Shown here piece by piece: positions 46,211-58,700 of a stretch of 64,000 nucleotides of DNA (positions are counted from its first letter, which is position 1; each line of letters starts with the position of its first letter). The stretch is from IMG/VR virus record IMGVR_UViG_3300030098_003955; one strand, 5' to 3'. The DNA is from a virus. The notes under the pieces are model-generated. The model searched no databases. It was not told the origin of the DNA and was given only the letters and a program-made list of their open reading frames with translations. The position numbers and the translations under genes are program-made.

Positions 46211-46227
46211 TCTATATTAATATACAC
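46211..46227 (-). promoter_or_regulatory. Candidate phage promoter GTGTATATTAATATAGA
   Basis: Intergenic AT-rich motif sharing the GTGTATA core with 7226-7232. Confidence 0.35.
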
Positions 46228-46715
46228 TATTCTTGAAAAAAGCCTTTTGTTTTCTTAGGCTTCTTACCATAAGGGAATAGGTTGTTTAGTTTCTCTTGTC
46301 TTCCTCCGCATCCGCAGTCTTTACCCATAGCCTCAAAGGCGGTATCTACTACCTTTTTGATACCTGTGGCCTTTGTAAATTTTGCAAATGTGTCTCCAAA
46401 ACCTCTAGATTCCTTGGGAATTCTAGGATCTCCCATGAAGTATTCTTCTTGGCCTTCCTCTTCTTTAGCTTCCTCTTGGCGTTCTATCTCTTGACCAACT
46501 ACTCTATTGTCCACAATTCTGTGTTCTTGCATTGGCCCTATGCCTTGCTCCCACAAATCAAAATATTTATGATTGAACTTGCATAAATTTTGCAAACTAG
46601 GAGTCTTTTGGCATTGGTGTCTTGGGCAGTATATGTTCGACTCGCTATAAGGACAATCGCACTTTGTGTGCATGGAATCTGCCTGCTCGTCGTCGTTGAA
46701 AAATCCTTTTGTCAT
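46227..46715 (-). CDS. Cys-containing hypothetical protein
   Basis: CDC...CPRH.C; GFGDTFAKFT...DCGCGGRQEKLN. Confidence 0.7.
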   Translation of the reverse strand: MTKGFFNDDEQADSMHTKCDCPYSESNIYCPRHQCQKTPSLQNLCKFNHKYFDLWEQGIGPMQEHRIVDNRVVGQEIERQEEAKEEEGQEEYFMGDPRIPKESRGFGDTFAKFTKATGIKKVVDTAFEAMGKDCGCGGRQEKLNNLFPYGKKPKKTKGFFQE

Positions 46716-49700
46716 TTACCCACCTCCTGTCTCTGGTCTTATAGTTCTTGCCTGTTCGTGTAGATGTACTTTTAGAACTGCCGTCCCAACTCCGGGCTCT
46801 GTCTGTACCATAACCGGACCTCCCGGAAGATCATATCCTTTTGATGTTATTATACCCTTCGGTGGCTTGAAGTGCTGACATGTTTCGTCTGGCATAAGCA
46901 TATAGTATGTCATGTTCAGAGGAAGATCGCTGTTGTTTTCTCTACAGCTCACAGAGGCGGTAGGCAGTGCTTCTGGGACGCCTATATTTATATTAAATGA
47001 ACCTACATGCCTACTCCAATATCCATATATCTTTTCATCTTCCAGTCCTAAGTCTTCTGGGAATACCCATCCGGTAAACACTCTCTTAGGGACGGCTCCT
47101 GACTGTCTTAAGAAATCACCAGCCCCATTAAACTGAGTGCCAAAGAACATATTTGGTTTTTTCGCAGCAAAGGTAAACTCACTTCCTATAGATGGTCTAG
47201 GCCGAACAGTGTCTGAACTAGGCATTCCTGCCACTTGGCTTGAAATTCCTCCATGCCCTTCTGGGTCGTTTTTCCTATAGCCTTCTAGATTTAATATATT
47301 TCCTCTGTCGGTTCTTTCTGAGAATAACTGGACATAATCATCGCTAGTACTAGGTGCGTGTTCCCTGTGAGAACAAACGGCACTGTAGGTCACACTTGGA
47401 AGACATCCGCCTTGGATACAAATGCCAGTAGGATCTCTCTTGTCACAGAAATATGTACACTCAGGATCTGCCACGCAACCATTTTCATCTTGCGCCTTGC
47501 TAAAGCATCTTCCGGCCACCTCGTCAAGCCTATCGGTCTCCCTGATTGCGCTAATTTCAAGCAGTGTTTGTCCTTCTATCGTCCAGTTTAGATCGCTGTC
47601 AATACCAAAAGATGTGGACTCTAATACGCAATAGTTACTTTCTTCACATGAGCCTTTGTCTAGGACTGAGCAATCAGAGGCGTGAGCGCAAATAAGAACA
47701 TTTTGCCCACCGCCTGTGGTTGAGCTTACAACAACAGTGTCGTGCTGAGCTCCGCAATGGGCGATCTCGTCTAGTCCTAAATTGTTAACTCCTAACAATC
47801 CACTATGCGCTCTAGAAGAAGAATCAATTGCAATATCATCAAGAGTTCCGTTTGGTTGAACTATCTTAGTAGTAGTACTTCTCAAGAACCTCTTAGTCTT
47901 GTCCGTGACATATCCAACAACACCAATGTCTGCTTTTGACAGTATCTCAACCGCGCTACTGACTTTGGTGATATCGTAGAGTTCTCTTTGGAATAGTTGA
48001 TCGGTCTCAACATCTGGCAAGAATGGAGAGAGAAAGGCTTCTCCTACTTTCTTTGTACCGTCCATTCCAGAGTAAAATCCCATAGAATTATGGTCAGAAT
48101 CAAATAGCTGTGTTGGATTTTGTGAATGCTGAATTGGGTATTCAACAAGGCCTTTTTTGTCTAAAGGATCGTATTTAGCTGACTTTTTATTAAACCCAAA
48201 TCTATCTGCGTTGTCTAAAGGATTTCTGCTGTATTTTGCTAGTCTAGTAAAGTCTTGTTCAAAGTCTGTCTGATGCTCCCAACCAATGACAAACGCCTTG
48301 GTGTCGAGAACTCTTACAATATGCTCTCCATCTAATCCAAACAACTCTCCATTGGAATCCTCTCTAGCGCAGAGAGGGCAGTGCGTAACATCTTCTTCTC
48401 CTTCTGTTTTCTCTACTTCGCAGTCTTGGCAGAAGTTTTCATCTAGACATCCTTTCTCTGTCCTAAACGCCTCTATCTGTGCTTGATTTCTACAGAACAC
48501 AGGACATCCCTGCTCATAATCATAAGCACTCTCTATGCTTGCGTCAGGCCCCCAGCTTCCACCAAGAGTGACTTCGCATATGGTTTTGTCTATCGTGTTA
48601 GCCTTAATTGTCACGCCAGCTATGTCTAGGACGCCACTATACCACACAAGATCAGGGTCTTTCTTGCAGTCCGCTTCGGTGATATTAAAGACAGTTCCAA
48701 AGCCATCTTTTTCATAGCATCCTGTATCCTTGGCGTCTGAAATTACAGACCCATCGACAGTACAAGCTGCATCGTAGCATCTATTGCCACTTATTGTAAT
48801 AAGTTCGTTGTCTAGTAAGTCATGATGTCCTAGTACATGGACGACAGTACCTAAGAATTTAGGAACCCAATATCCTCCAAGTGTAGTGCATTCTGTCCTT
48901 GTTAACGCTCTGTCAGGATCTGAAAGTTCTACATGATTCTCGAATAAGCAACTTCCGTTATCGCCAGTATCATAAACATTTTCGATTCTTTCAATGCTAA
49001 TATGCTTATTACCAATACCTGTAGTCGGATCATAAGGAACTACAGAAGTGTAGTAAGTTCCATTAATTGAATCTTCTAAGTTAAGATTATGAGCAGTAGG
49101 TATCAATCCTACTCTAGAGTGATTGACGCCTAGCCCAAACCCTACTCCAAAGGAATCTCCAACGTGAGTTTTTCCGGGTGTTTTGCCTCCACCAAAAGCC
49201 TGACTACCTACTTGCTGGGAACTCTGTACCGGCATTGGCATTGGATAATTACCATAAGGTGCAGGTAGTTGTAGTTTCTTTACAAAGAATGCCTCTGCTG
49301 GCTGTGGATCACCGTATTCATCTACCGGAATAAACTCTTCATAAATGGCGAACTGCCTGAAGTAAGCATTGTTATTAGTCATTAGCCCAGTCGCATCGTC
49401 AACCTTTATGGTTGTGTATGCTGGAAGCTGTATTCCAAACGATGATGCTCCTCTAGTATCTTTGATTTCATCAACTAGTCTAGCATTTCCAGAGATGTAA
49501 GGATTTTTACTTTTCTTATCTATACTACTTCCATTGTAGCTCCCGGTTTCGGCTTCAAACTTTTCAGCCTTGCCAACACTTACAAGAGTACCTTCGCCAT
49601 AGCTACAGCTTTCCCTGTTATCTATATGTAGTAAGTCATAACTTTCTTCATCATTCTCTATTCTTTCTACCCAAAAGACCCTTCTGTTTAGAGTTGGTTT

Positions 49701-52700
49701 TTTAGGATAATAAGGAGAAGAGGAAAAATTCCACATCTCATTTTGGCCTTGATGAGTGTCTGCCTGCATTGGGAACGCTGCGGCTGCACTATATTCATAT
49801 AAATGACCACTGTAGTCATCTACTATTCTTCCACTAATAAACTCGCACCCTCCAGTACACGGTGGCCTTACGTCGCAGTGTTGTCCGGGAATGCTATGAC
49901 AACTTTGTTTAGTGCAAGAATATCCACTTTCTATCATCTCCTCTCTTGTTACGCACAAGAAAGGAGTTTCTACTACATTTGATATAGCATCGCCAATTTT
50001 GTTTCCTTTATCATCTACTACATCTTCGTATTCATATTTAATTACTACATCAGGACACTGGCTATTAGCTGGAGCAGCAGAGATAGCAGAGGTGTTACAA
50101 GCAACACCACAATGAATAACATCCATTTCTAAATTTAATCTTGGATCTGAATACGTTCTATCTTCCCCAAGAGCATCAGGTGGTATTTGACCATTAAGAG
50201 TTTCAAATAGCCCAACTTCAGGACCGCACTGAGCTACAAGGCGGAAGAAATGACCATCCCTATTGCTTGTAGGTCTAGGAAGATCATTAGATTTTTCATA
50301 TAGGCCGCATCCATAATCGTTCGACGGGCAGCTTCCACAGTCTGCGTTTCTTACAACGTCGTGGTTTCCTGCTCTCACTTTGCTCCTTGGAGGACACTGG
50401 AATACATCTCCGTTTACGACAAACTGATTAGATTTTATATTGCTGGGACTAACACCCCCGACCAGCACTGGCTCAAATTCAGTCTTATAAAAATCACTCC
50501 AACAACAATATTGCTTTTCTACATTTGGGACGCGGAAAGTCTCACAGTTTTGACCCCCTACATACTCGCCTTTTCTTACTCCTTGTCCATCAAATTCAAA
50601 CCTTTCTTTTGCTCCCATCAAAGCCCAATCGCTTCTCCAAGCAGAATCGGTGTACTTCAGATCTATAGTCTTAGATTGGCCAAAGCCTAAACATCCTACC
50701 GTTGGAGCATATATGTCCGCATAACAATGAAATCCGTCGTCGGCAGCTCCCATTTCATTTATGTTAGGACAGCCATCTATACCTCCATGTAGACCAGAAG
50801 CAACAACGTTTTGGTTTATATCACATCTATTCTTGATTTCATTTCCAGCATTGTCTTGCTCACAATTAATTGCCACAGTAGGATTTGGGAAAAATTCAGT
50901 TCCTCCACATCTATGATCTTTCTGACCTCTACAAAATCTAGGAGTTACATTTGTCTCTACGCACGATGGCTCGCAGGCAAAAGGCCTGTTGTTTGGATAT
51001 CCTATGCACGGATCACAAACAGGATCTCCTCCGCCAGCATTACTCATCCAATCACAGCCAGCATTGTTACAATCCGTTCTCGTCGATTGTCCGCTACAAG
51101 CAAATGGATCTGGACTGTTATTACCTTCTACACATTCACCACAGTTTTCAAAGACGTCAGTAGGGTCCATTCCCGGATCTGTAAAGCAAACATCTTGAGG
51201 TATTTCACAAGTTATATTCTGTGCTGTATGACTTCCATTCGCATATAAAGTTGCGACATGGCACCCCATCCACTCTTCAATGGTAGGATAGTCTTTTTTA
51301 CAAGGGTCATCTACTGCGGTGTCTCCCGGAATACAGTCCTCAAGACAACAAGGATGACTAGATCTAGACAAATGTTGGTGGGGAATGTTTCTCAGTTGGT
51401 CAGAAGGTCTAGCACAGAATTTCTTCTGAGCGTCACATCTTAATGAAGCATAGGTTTGTTGTAGATAAGAAATCTCATCGTCATATATTTTTTTAGCGAC
51501 ATGGCAAGTGGACGATGGATCAGAGGAGCAAGGTACAGACTCACACTTACAAGTCTTGCCTTCTATTTCCACATACTTATAATTAGGAGCAACGCAGTCA
51601 ACTTTTTCAATTCCGTTGGCTCTACTTCCATCAGAAACGTTTGTACAGAAACCTTGCTTATTGTTGTCTGTACATTCTTGCATTGTGCTATATTCTTGCG
51701 CATTACAAGACAAGGAAGCGGATAAGTTGATTGCAGCAAAAGCGTCACTCACTTCTTGCTGGATATCACTTTCTCTACACAGTCTGTACTCACTTATTTT
51801 AAGGCCGTACTCATCTAATTGATTGGTAGTATGGTAGCCAACAGCATTGAATCCATCACATGAATTAAATCCACAACCATCATCAGTATATAGGTCGTTC
51901 AATATACTTGTACTTACAGAGCCTATAGTCGCACTGATGGTATCAGGCAAAAAGTGATCGCAGCATACGGGGCATGTCTCTTTGTGCTCTACATAAACAT
52001 AATAATCATCAGCAGGAGGCTCATTTATCAGAGAGCTTCCAGTCCAGCCTTTGAAATATCCATTCTTATTTTGTCCAATACCATAAACATCCTCAGTACG
52101 TATAAGTCCATCTGCGTAGTGATTCCAAGTTCCGCTCCAAGGAACATTACCTAGAATTTCTATCTGACCTCCTTGGATGATGCTCGCTCCGCAGGTCATA
52201 GATACTTGAGGATCATTGGTCAGAACAAACTCATTCTGATTGTACGATGTGTCGTCTTGGCCAGCTACTACTTCTCCGGTTATGTGATGTTTAATACTTG
52301 ATAGGGTAGTCCCGTCTGAAGATGTGGGCCCTGAGTAAGTAACATCTTCACAACCCCTTGGACAACAAGTGTCATTCATAGCTTTGCATGAAGTAAACTT
52401 CAGTCCAGCTCCGCTGAATGTAAATATTGTAGAAGGACAGAAATTATTAGAAAGGAATTGAGATATTCTTTCTGTAGATTCTAAAGTATTGCCGTCGCAG
52501 GTAAACAAAGAGAAATGGTCTTTATCTACTTGCTTTTGTACTAAAAATTCAGCAGGAGCAGGATCACCATTTTCTTTGGTTGCAAAAGAGCACATAGGCT
52601 CTCCGTCAATCCTAAAGCTACAGGCAGGTTTGCAGGCGCTTTCCCTATCAATCCATTCACATAAGCCACCTCCAATGTCTGGTCTAGAAGCTGCCAAAGT

Positions 52701-55700
52701 GCCGCAATCAAGTTGATTCCTAGCCATATCACAATTTGGATATTCAGCCGAAGGAACTTTAGAAACACATTTATAAAGAGAAGCTGCGGTAGATGGCTCG
52801 CATTGAGGAGGATGCCATTTATATATTGGTGGCCAACACGCTTCTTCAGAAACGTTAACACCACCTCCAGTGGAAAGGTCTTCACACCAACCCTGAGCTT
52901 CTTCTACGCCACAACCAGAATCGGCACTAGCATAACAAATCCCAAGTATATCAGGACCAAGTATTTTTTCAGGATTACTGCAACTGACAGTGGTCAATCC
53001 TGCGGGAAGACCCATGCATGGATTACCATCATCATCAACTCCACAATTTTGTTTTAGATGCTCTAGGTCTAAAGGTTTAAATGGATTGTCTTCGAGGAAC
53101 TTAGAAAAGCTTCCAATGTCGTCATGCTTGCATCCTCCAGCACCCTTCCTTAAATAGTCATAAGGACATTCAACCAGAGGCCATATTTGATCATCAGGAC
53201 CATGTTTCTTTAAGTCATATTTTTCTGCTTCTTTTTTAATTATCCTAGAAGCCTTGCCAGTGCCATCAGATTCTAAAGCTGCATGGAACTCAGTCTCAAT
53301 CCAGTCTTTCTTGAATATAGGCGCGTTTACTACAAAGTTTCCATACACAGGGTCGTTGTTGATATAACCAATCTGCAACTTTGTTGGGTAAGAGGGGAGC
53401 TTATGATTGCTTGATTTTACAATAACAGGGTCTGTCAGGCTTGCGTGTTCGACATATCCAAATAGCTGATTGCCTTTGCATGAGTCTGCTTCATAACTAG
53501 AGCTTTTATGCTCTGGCCATAATCCAGTTTCTCCCCAGTATTTGAGAGAGTCTTCTTTTCTCTTAGTTATAAAGGATACATCCCTTCCTAAGAGAGATCC
53601 AAATGTGTCTGCGTCACTTACCGTGCCTTCTCTATACAGAACAGATAAAGATTCTGGGCTTAAAAATTCAGCCTCTTGACATCGACTGTCGTCTGATGTG
53701 CTTTTACATGTGTATCCTACGGTAGCTCCTTGAATGTAGGTTGCTCCGCCGGACTTCCAAGCATCATACCAAGAACAGTTGAGCTCTGTGGCTGGCTTAC
53801 AAGTTCCCACATGACCGGGTTCGGGAGCGTTCCCATTAGCATCAAGGAAGTCTTGCCAGACACAGCATGTATAGTCAATCCCATCGCTGTCAGTACCGGA
53901 AAGGTTTTCACATTTGTTCTGATTGTTGTTTGCTGGGTCTGTAGGACTGGCCATTCCGCCACTCGTATTTGCAGAGACCCCGTTTGTGAACTGCCCACAG
54001 TTAAGACCACATATAGCAGTCTTTGCATTGCAGTCTGTTCTTGCTTGATTTCCAGTAGTTCCAATATCTATGAAAAATGCTTGGCATTTTGTTCGAGCAT
54101 AGGTTTCAAAGGGTATCGAGTGGCGTACTACTTGGCCAGCACCAACGGCAGGTTGATCTTGTGTAGCTTCACAAATTTCCGTACCTACTGCGGCGACATC
54201 GCAATACCCACACTCATCAGGATCATCTATAGCGGCGAAAGAAAGCCCTTCTTCTTTATGACCATTAATAAATAGCTTATCGCTATAAGCAAGATCTAAT
54301 TCGTTACATTTACTTCCATCGCCACCTTCTTCTATAGGGGGACAATGCCCAGCCAGAGGAGTCTTAATCTCGGCAATAGTTGGTGTTGGTTCGCAGAACA
54401 AGTCTGGGCAATCACACTCTGATTCACATCTTTCTAAGGTTGTTTTCTTGTCTAGTAAGTCTTTCTCTGGCTTATAAAGATTTCCCAAGCCTATATCATT
54501 ACAGTTGTCTGGGTCCTTTGGAAGACAAACACCACCCATCAATCTGCATCTTGCAACTGGGCAAACTCCAGTACGGAGATATTCAGCGCCGCAGTTTTGC
54601 GTTGGGAAACAAGCAAGCTCTTGACCTATGGAAGGATCTGGATGATATTCCATCGCCCATACGCTGTGTACGGTGCAATTTCTATCAGTCAACCCAATGT
54701 TGTTTTGAATTCTGTAATTTGAGATATCAACAGACAAAAGCTCACAGGCGTCATGATCCATTACCGGACTGAAAGAGCTACCATTATTCCAATTGGTTGG
54801 GTCGTATTGCTTCTCATTGCCTACCATTTTGAAACATCTTCTAGTTTGAGGGTCGTACTCAACTAGAGGGTCTGTATTTCCAAAGCTGTCTTTGCATAAA
54901 TATGCAACAAAGTCATGATCGAACCAGTAGGCAAGTCCTCTGTTTATTGACAAAGGAGAATAAGATGTCGCTCCGTGACATGGAGAAAACCCAAACGATC
55001 CGGGATCAGCATCCTCTGCGTCTACAACTTGTTGGATAGCCAGATTTCGAGCATTGTCACTCGAAGCAGTTTTACCAATACATAAGTGATATTGGTCAAG
55101 GTCAAACTTTGCTTGTGCTAGTGTTTTGTATTTTAATGATTTGTGTTCAGTAGCCTTAAAGGGCTGTGGTTGCAGATTGAGGTTTCTTAGCCTAAAGTCT
55201 CCGACAGCATGATGGCTTCTGTTAAGAATGTTTGTATATGGATAAATACCAACAACGTTACATTTGACTTGTTTTGCTAGGTTTGGAGAAAGGCAAGTGT
55301 AGTATGGGTCAGGATCAAAAGGATTGTTTTCGTCATGGAGTTTCCAACAGTTGCCATCTGCGTCAGGGCCAAGATCACAGTTTCCTAAGTTGGCGAGTCC
55401 TTCACACTTAGTATCAACCCAAATAGACTCAGCAGCTTCGCACGCAGATCTAGTTGTAGACTTACCGTCTTGGCAAGAGCCATCACAATCAGCAGGAACG
55501 TAACTTGACTCAACCTCATCGCAATGGTCTGGACATGTTGGCTCGTGCCATAGGTAGACAGGACCAAGGCAATCTTCTTTTTCTATTGGTACAGTTACAC
55601 CAGTCGCTACTTCTTCACAAAATCCATCTAAAGGAAGTTCGTGAAATCCACCCTTCGGCGATGTTGGGTTTTCTGGATCAGGGTCTCCCTTACATCCAGC

Positions 55701-58700
55701 ACCTCCTGAAAGAACAAAGTCTAGACCCCAAGCTGATTCTGGATAGTAGGCAACAGAACAAGCAGTACCGCCGGTTTCGCCACAAAAATCTGGGTTTGGA
55801 TGAGAAAGCCCTAGATCAGACAAAAACGCCTCGCTAGGACATCCCGGATAATCCGCAAGCTTATTGTCACCTATTTGCCTAATTCCATCTGTTTCAATTC
55901 TGTATTCGTTGGTGCCAGTAACTAAAAAGGGAATTTGTCTTACAAATCCGGGCCTTCCAAAATCTTTGTCAACATCCTCATTTAGGCAATAACAAAAGTC
56001 TTCGTTGTCTAAAGGCCTTCCCGGAAATGCAACTCCAAAGTGCCTATATCCACTATGGTCTTGGTAAGGAACCATATTTAGGTTATCAAAGCAACCGTAA
56101 TAGTAATCACCGCCTTCTTCTATTCCAGTGCATTCTTTGTTCCCATCATTTACAAAGTATGTACCGTCTATATCAATAGCGTGACCTTCGGGATTATCTT
56201 GGTCAGGTGACTTTTTCCAACATGTCGCACTAGGAGTGCAGCCAGTAGGGCAAGAATCTTTGTTGTCATAAATGTCTGGAGGATTGCCGACGTTGGTGCA
56301 ACCGCCGCCAACGTTAGCTTCTGAATCCACAAGAAGATCTCTAGGAATCCAACCTTTTCTAAATCCTATACTATCTACTTCACTAGCAAAGAAATTACTA
56401 GTACTTGCAAATTGATCTGTGGGAATTTGTAGTACTGTGGTTCTTCCTAGTAAGTGTTCTTTTACCTCGCAAGTACCAAAATTTGTCCACTTCTCAGTAG
56501 CCGACGCTGGCCCATTGCCACACTCAGATTGTTTTCTTGGATTTCCGTCATCATCTTGCAGGCACATGCCAGTGCCCTCTCCTGTAGATGGATCTAATTT
56601 CTCACAGCAAGATCCCTCAGTTTTCCAGTAGCAAGGATTTGTTGATATACCGTTATCATAAACAGTATGCTCACCACAAGTTTCAATTTCTTGAACACCA
56701 CAATCTTTGATAACACTTTGCGAAACGCAGTTGCCGTAATAATCACAGCCCCTAATCGCCAAGTTAAAAAAGCCAGTCTCCTCATCAGTAGCTTCAAGAT
56801 GATAATAGTTTCTATCATAGATGTTTTTTATTCCCTGACAGGAACCATCAGCTTGGAATACTACTTCTTTATGTGGACTATAGCAGACTTGATTGTATTT
56901 CAGTCCAGATACATCTCCTTCTGCATCCATGTGCGGTATATGATGAGGGCTATCATCACTTAAGGCTACTCCACCACAGCAACTACTAGCGTCTGAAATT
57001 CCTATCTCCCAATCAGGAGTCCAGTAAACGCTACTACTTCCAACAACCTCTCTATAAGCAAGACATTGGTATTTATCTATGAAGGCCTCGGCAGTATTAT
57101 GAAATCCGCCTTCTCCTAAGCTATAACATTGAGGCCCAATACCTAATCCAGAAGAAGGATCTGTTTCACCCCTATCTTCGTAAGAGCACTGGTCACTAGA
57201 CTTACAAAGATCGGCGCTAGTAAGGTCTCCACAAGCTACAGTGACACAGCTAGTTCCTGACTCCAAGTCTTCCCAAGCCAGCCAAGTCATTAGGTCGTAG
57301 TTTACATTTTTTTCATACTTATCGTAGTGTACAGTCTCATAAGTAGTAGGACTTGATATCGTTATAGGTTTTTTGCAGCATCTAGACTTTGCAGTACACT
57401 CAGATTCTGTAGGCCTTACAGCTTGAACTATATAACCCTTGGTGACTCCATCCGTCGTCTCGAAGCCTTGAGGGCAATTATCTGGAGTGAATTCTGTAGC
57501 AGGGACATAGCCAACCTGAGAGTTGTAGTACATACACTTAGATAGAAGAAGCTCTCCATCGGCAACAACACCTTCTTCTTCTCTCCATTGTGTACATATG
57601 CCATTTGGGTCAAATTCCTCACAAGCGTTTTGCCAACCCTTAAGAGACATCGTGACAGTCTCTTTTTTATCTTTTATATATACGCCACTAACGCCATCAA
57701 AATTACTCTTTTGGCCGTCTACACTACAATAGTTTGGAAATCTTCTAGGAGCGACTCCATCCTCAATACAACCTATCCTCAAATCTCTTTCATCTTTTAA
57801 GGAGTAAATGGTTCTTGTTGGAAGATGAACCGTAGCTATGTTATCTACTACGTTGTCAGATTCAGGCGAGCTTAAAGAGTTGAATGAAAAAGAGGTTGCT
57901 GCCTTGTCAGTCTTATTATGAAATATTCCGGGAGGCAAATCTCCGATAATATCATATGAAGGGAGGGTATAGTTGAGCGTCGCTAGACCAGCGATTTGAG
58001 AAAATGTGTACTGAGCTTCTCTGTATCTTGAGGACTTACCTACAGGGTCTTGATTGGTCCTATTAACGCTTCTAGCTCTATCGTCTACATCATTACTAAC
58101 ATCATCTCTAAAGACAAAAGATGGTCTGTGTATGCCACCACCACCAGAGAAAGAACAGTCAGACCTTTGACCAGTCACATCAAAGTTTACGATTTCGCCG
58201 TTTACCAAGTTTGGCTCTATGTGTTGTACCGACGCTAGAGCTCCACCACTTATTCGGAGAGCGTCAATCGTAGTTACCGAGCACGGCTCACAGCCACTCC
58301 AGTCTTTTATTTTTGACGTTACAGCGAACTCGCCCGGAGATGTCTCCTCATAAGCGTCTGCGTCTGGATGGCATTGAGTTTTATTAGTCTCAAGGTCTCC
58401 TGTGCCAATGTCACCATCTACATAACCCCATTTGCACTGCATTCCTAAAGTCTTGAGTGCTCCGCACTGCTCTTCGCCCGCCTTTCCTCCGTCTTCATCA
58501 TTGCCACTTTTGTCTGCAAGTTCGCAGGCTGGCCTGCACATCTTTGGAGCTTCTTTTCCACGATCTGGACCAGATCTAATTATTAAGTTTGGGACACTGC
58601 CCCATTTGCAAGAGACTCTATCATTACACTCATCTTCATCTGTTATGTTAGAGCATTCGACAGGCCATTCAAAGTATGGATAATCTCCAGCTGGTTCTAC

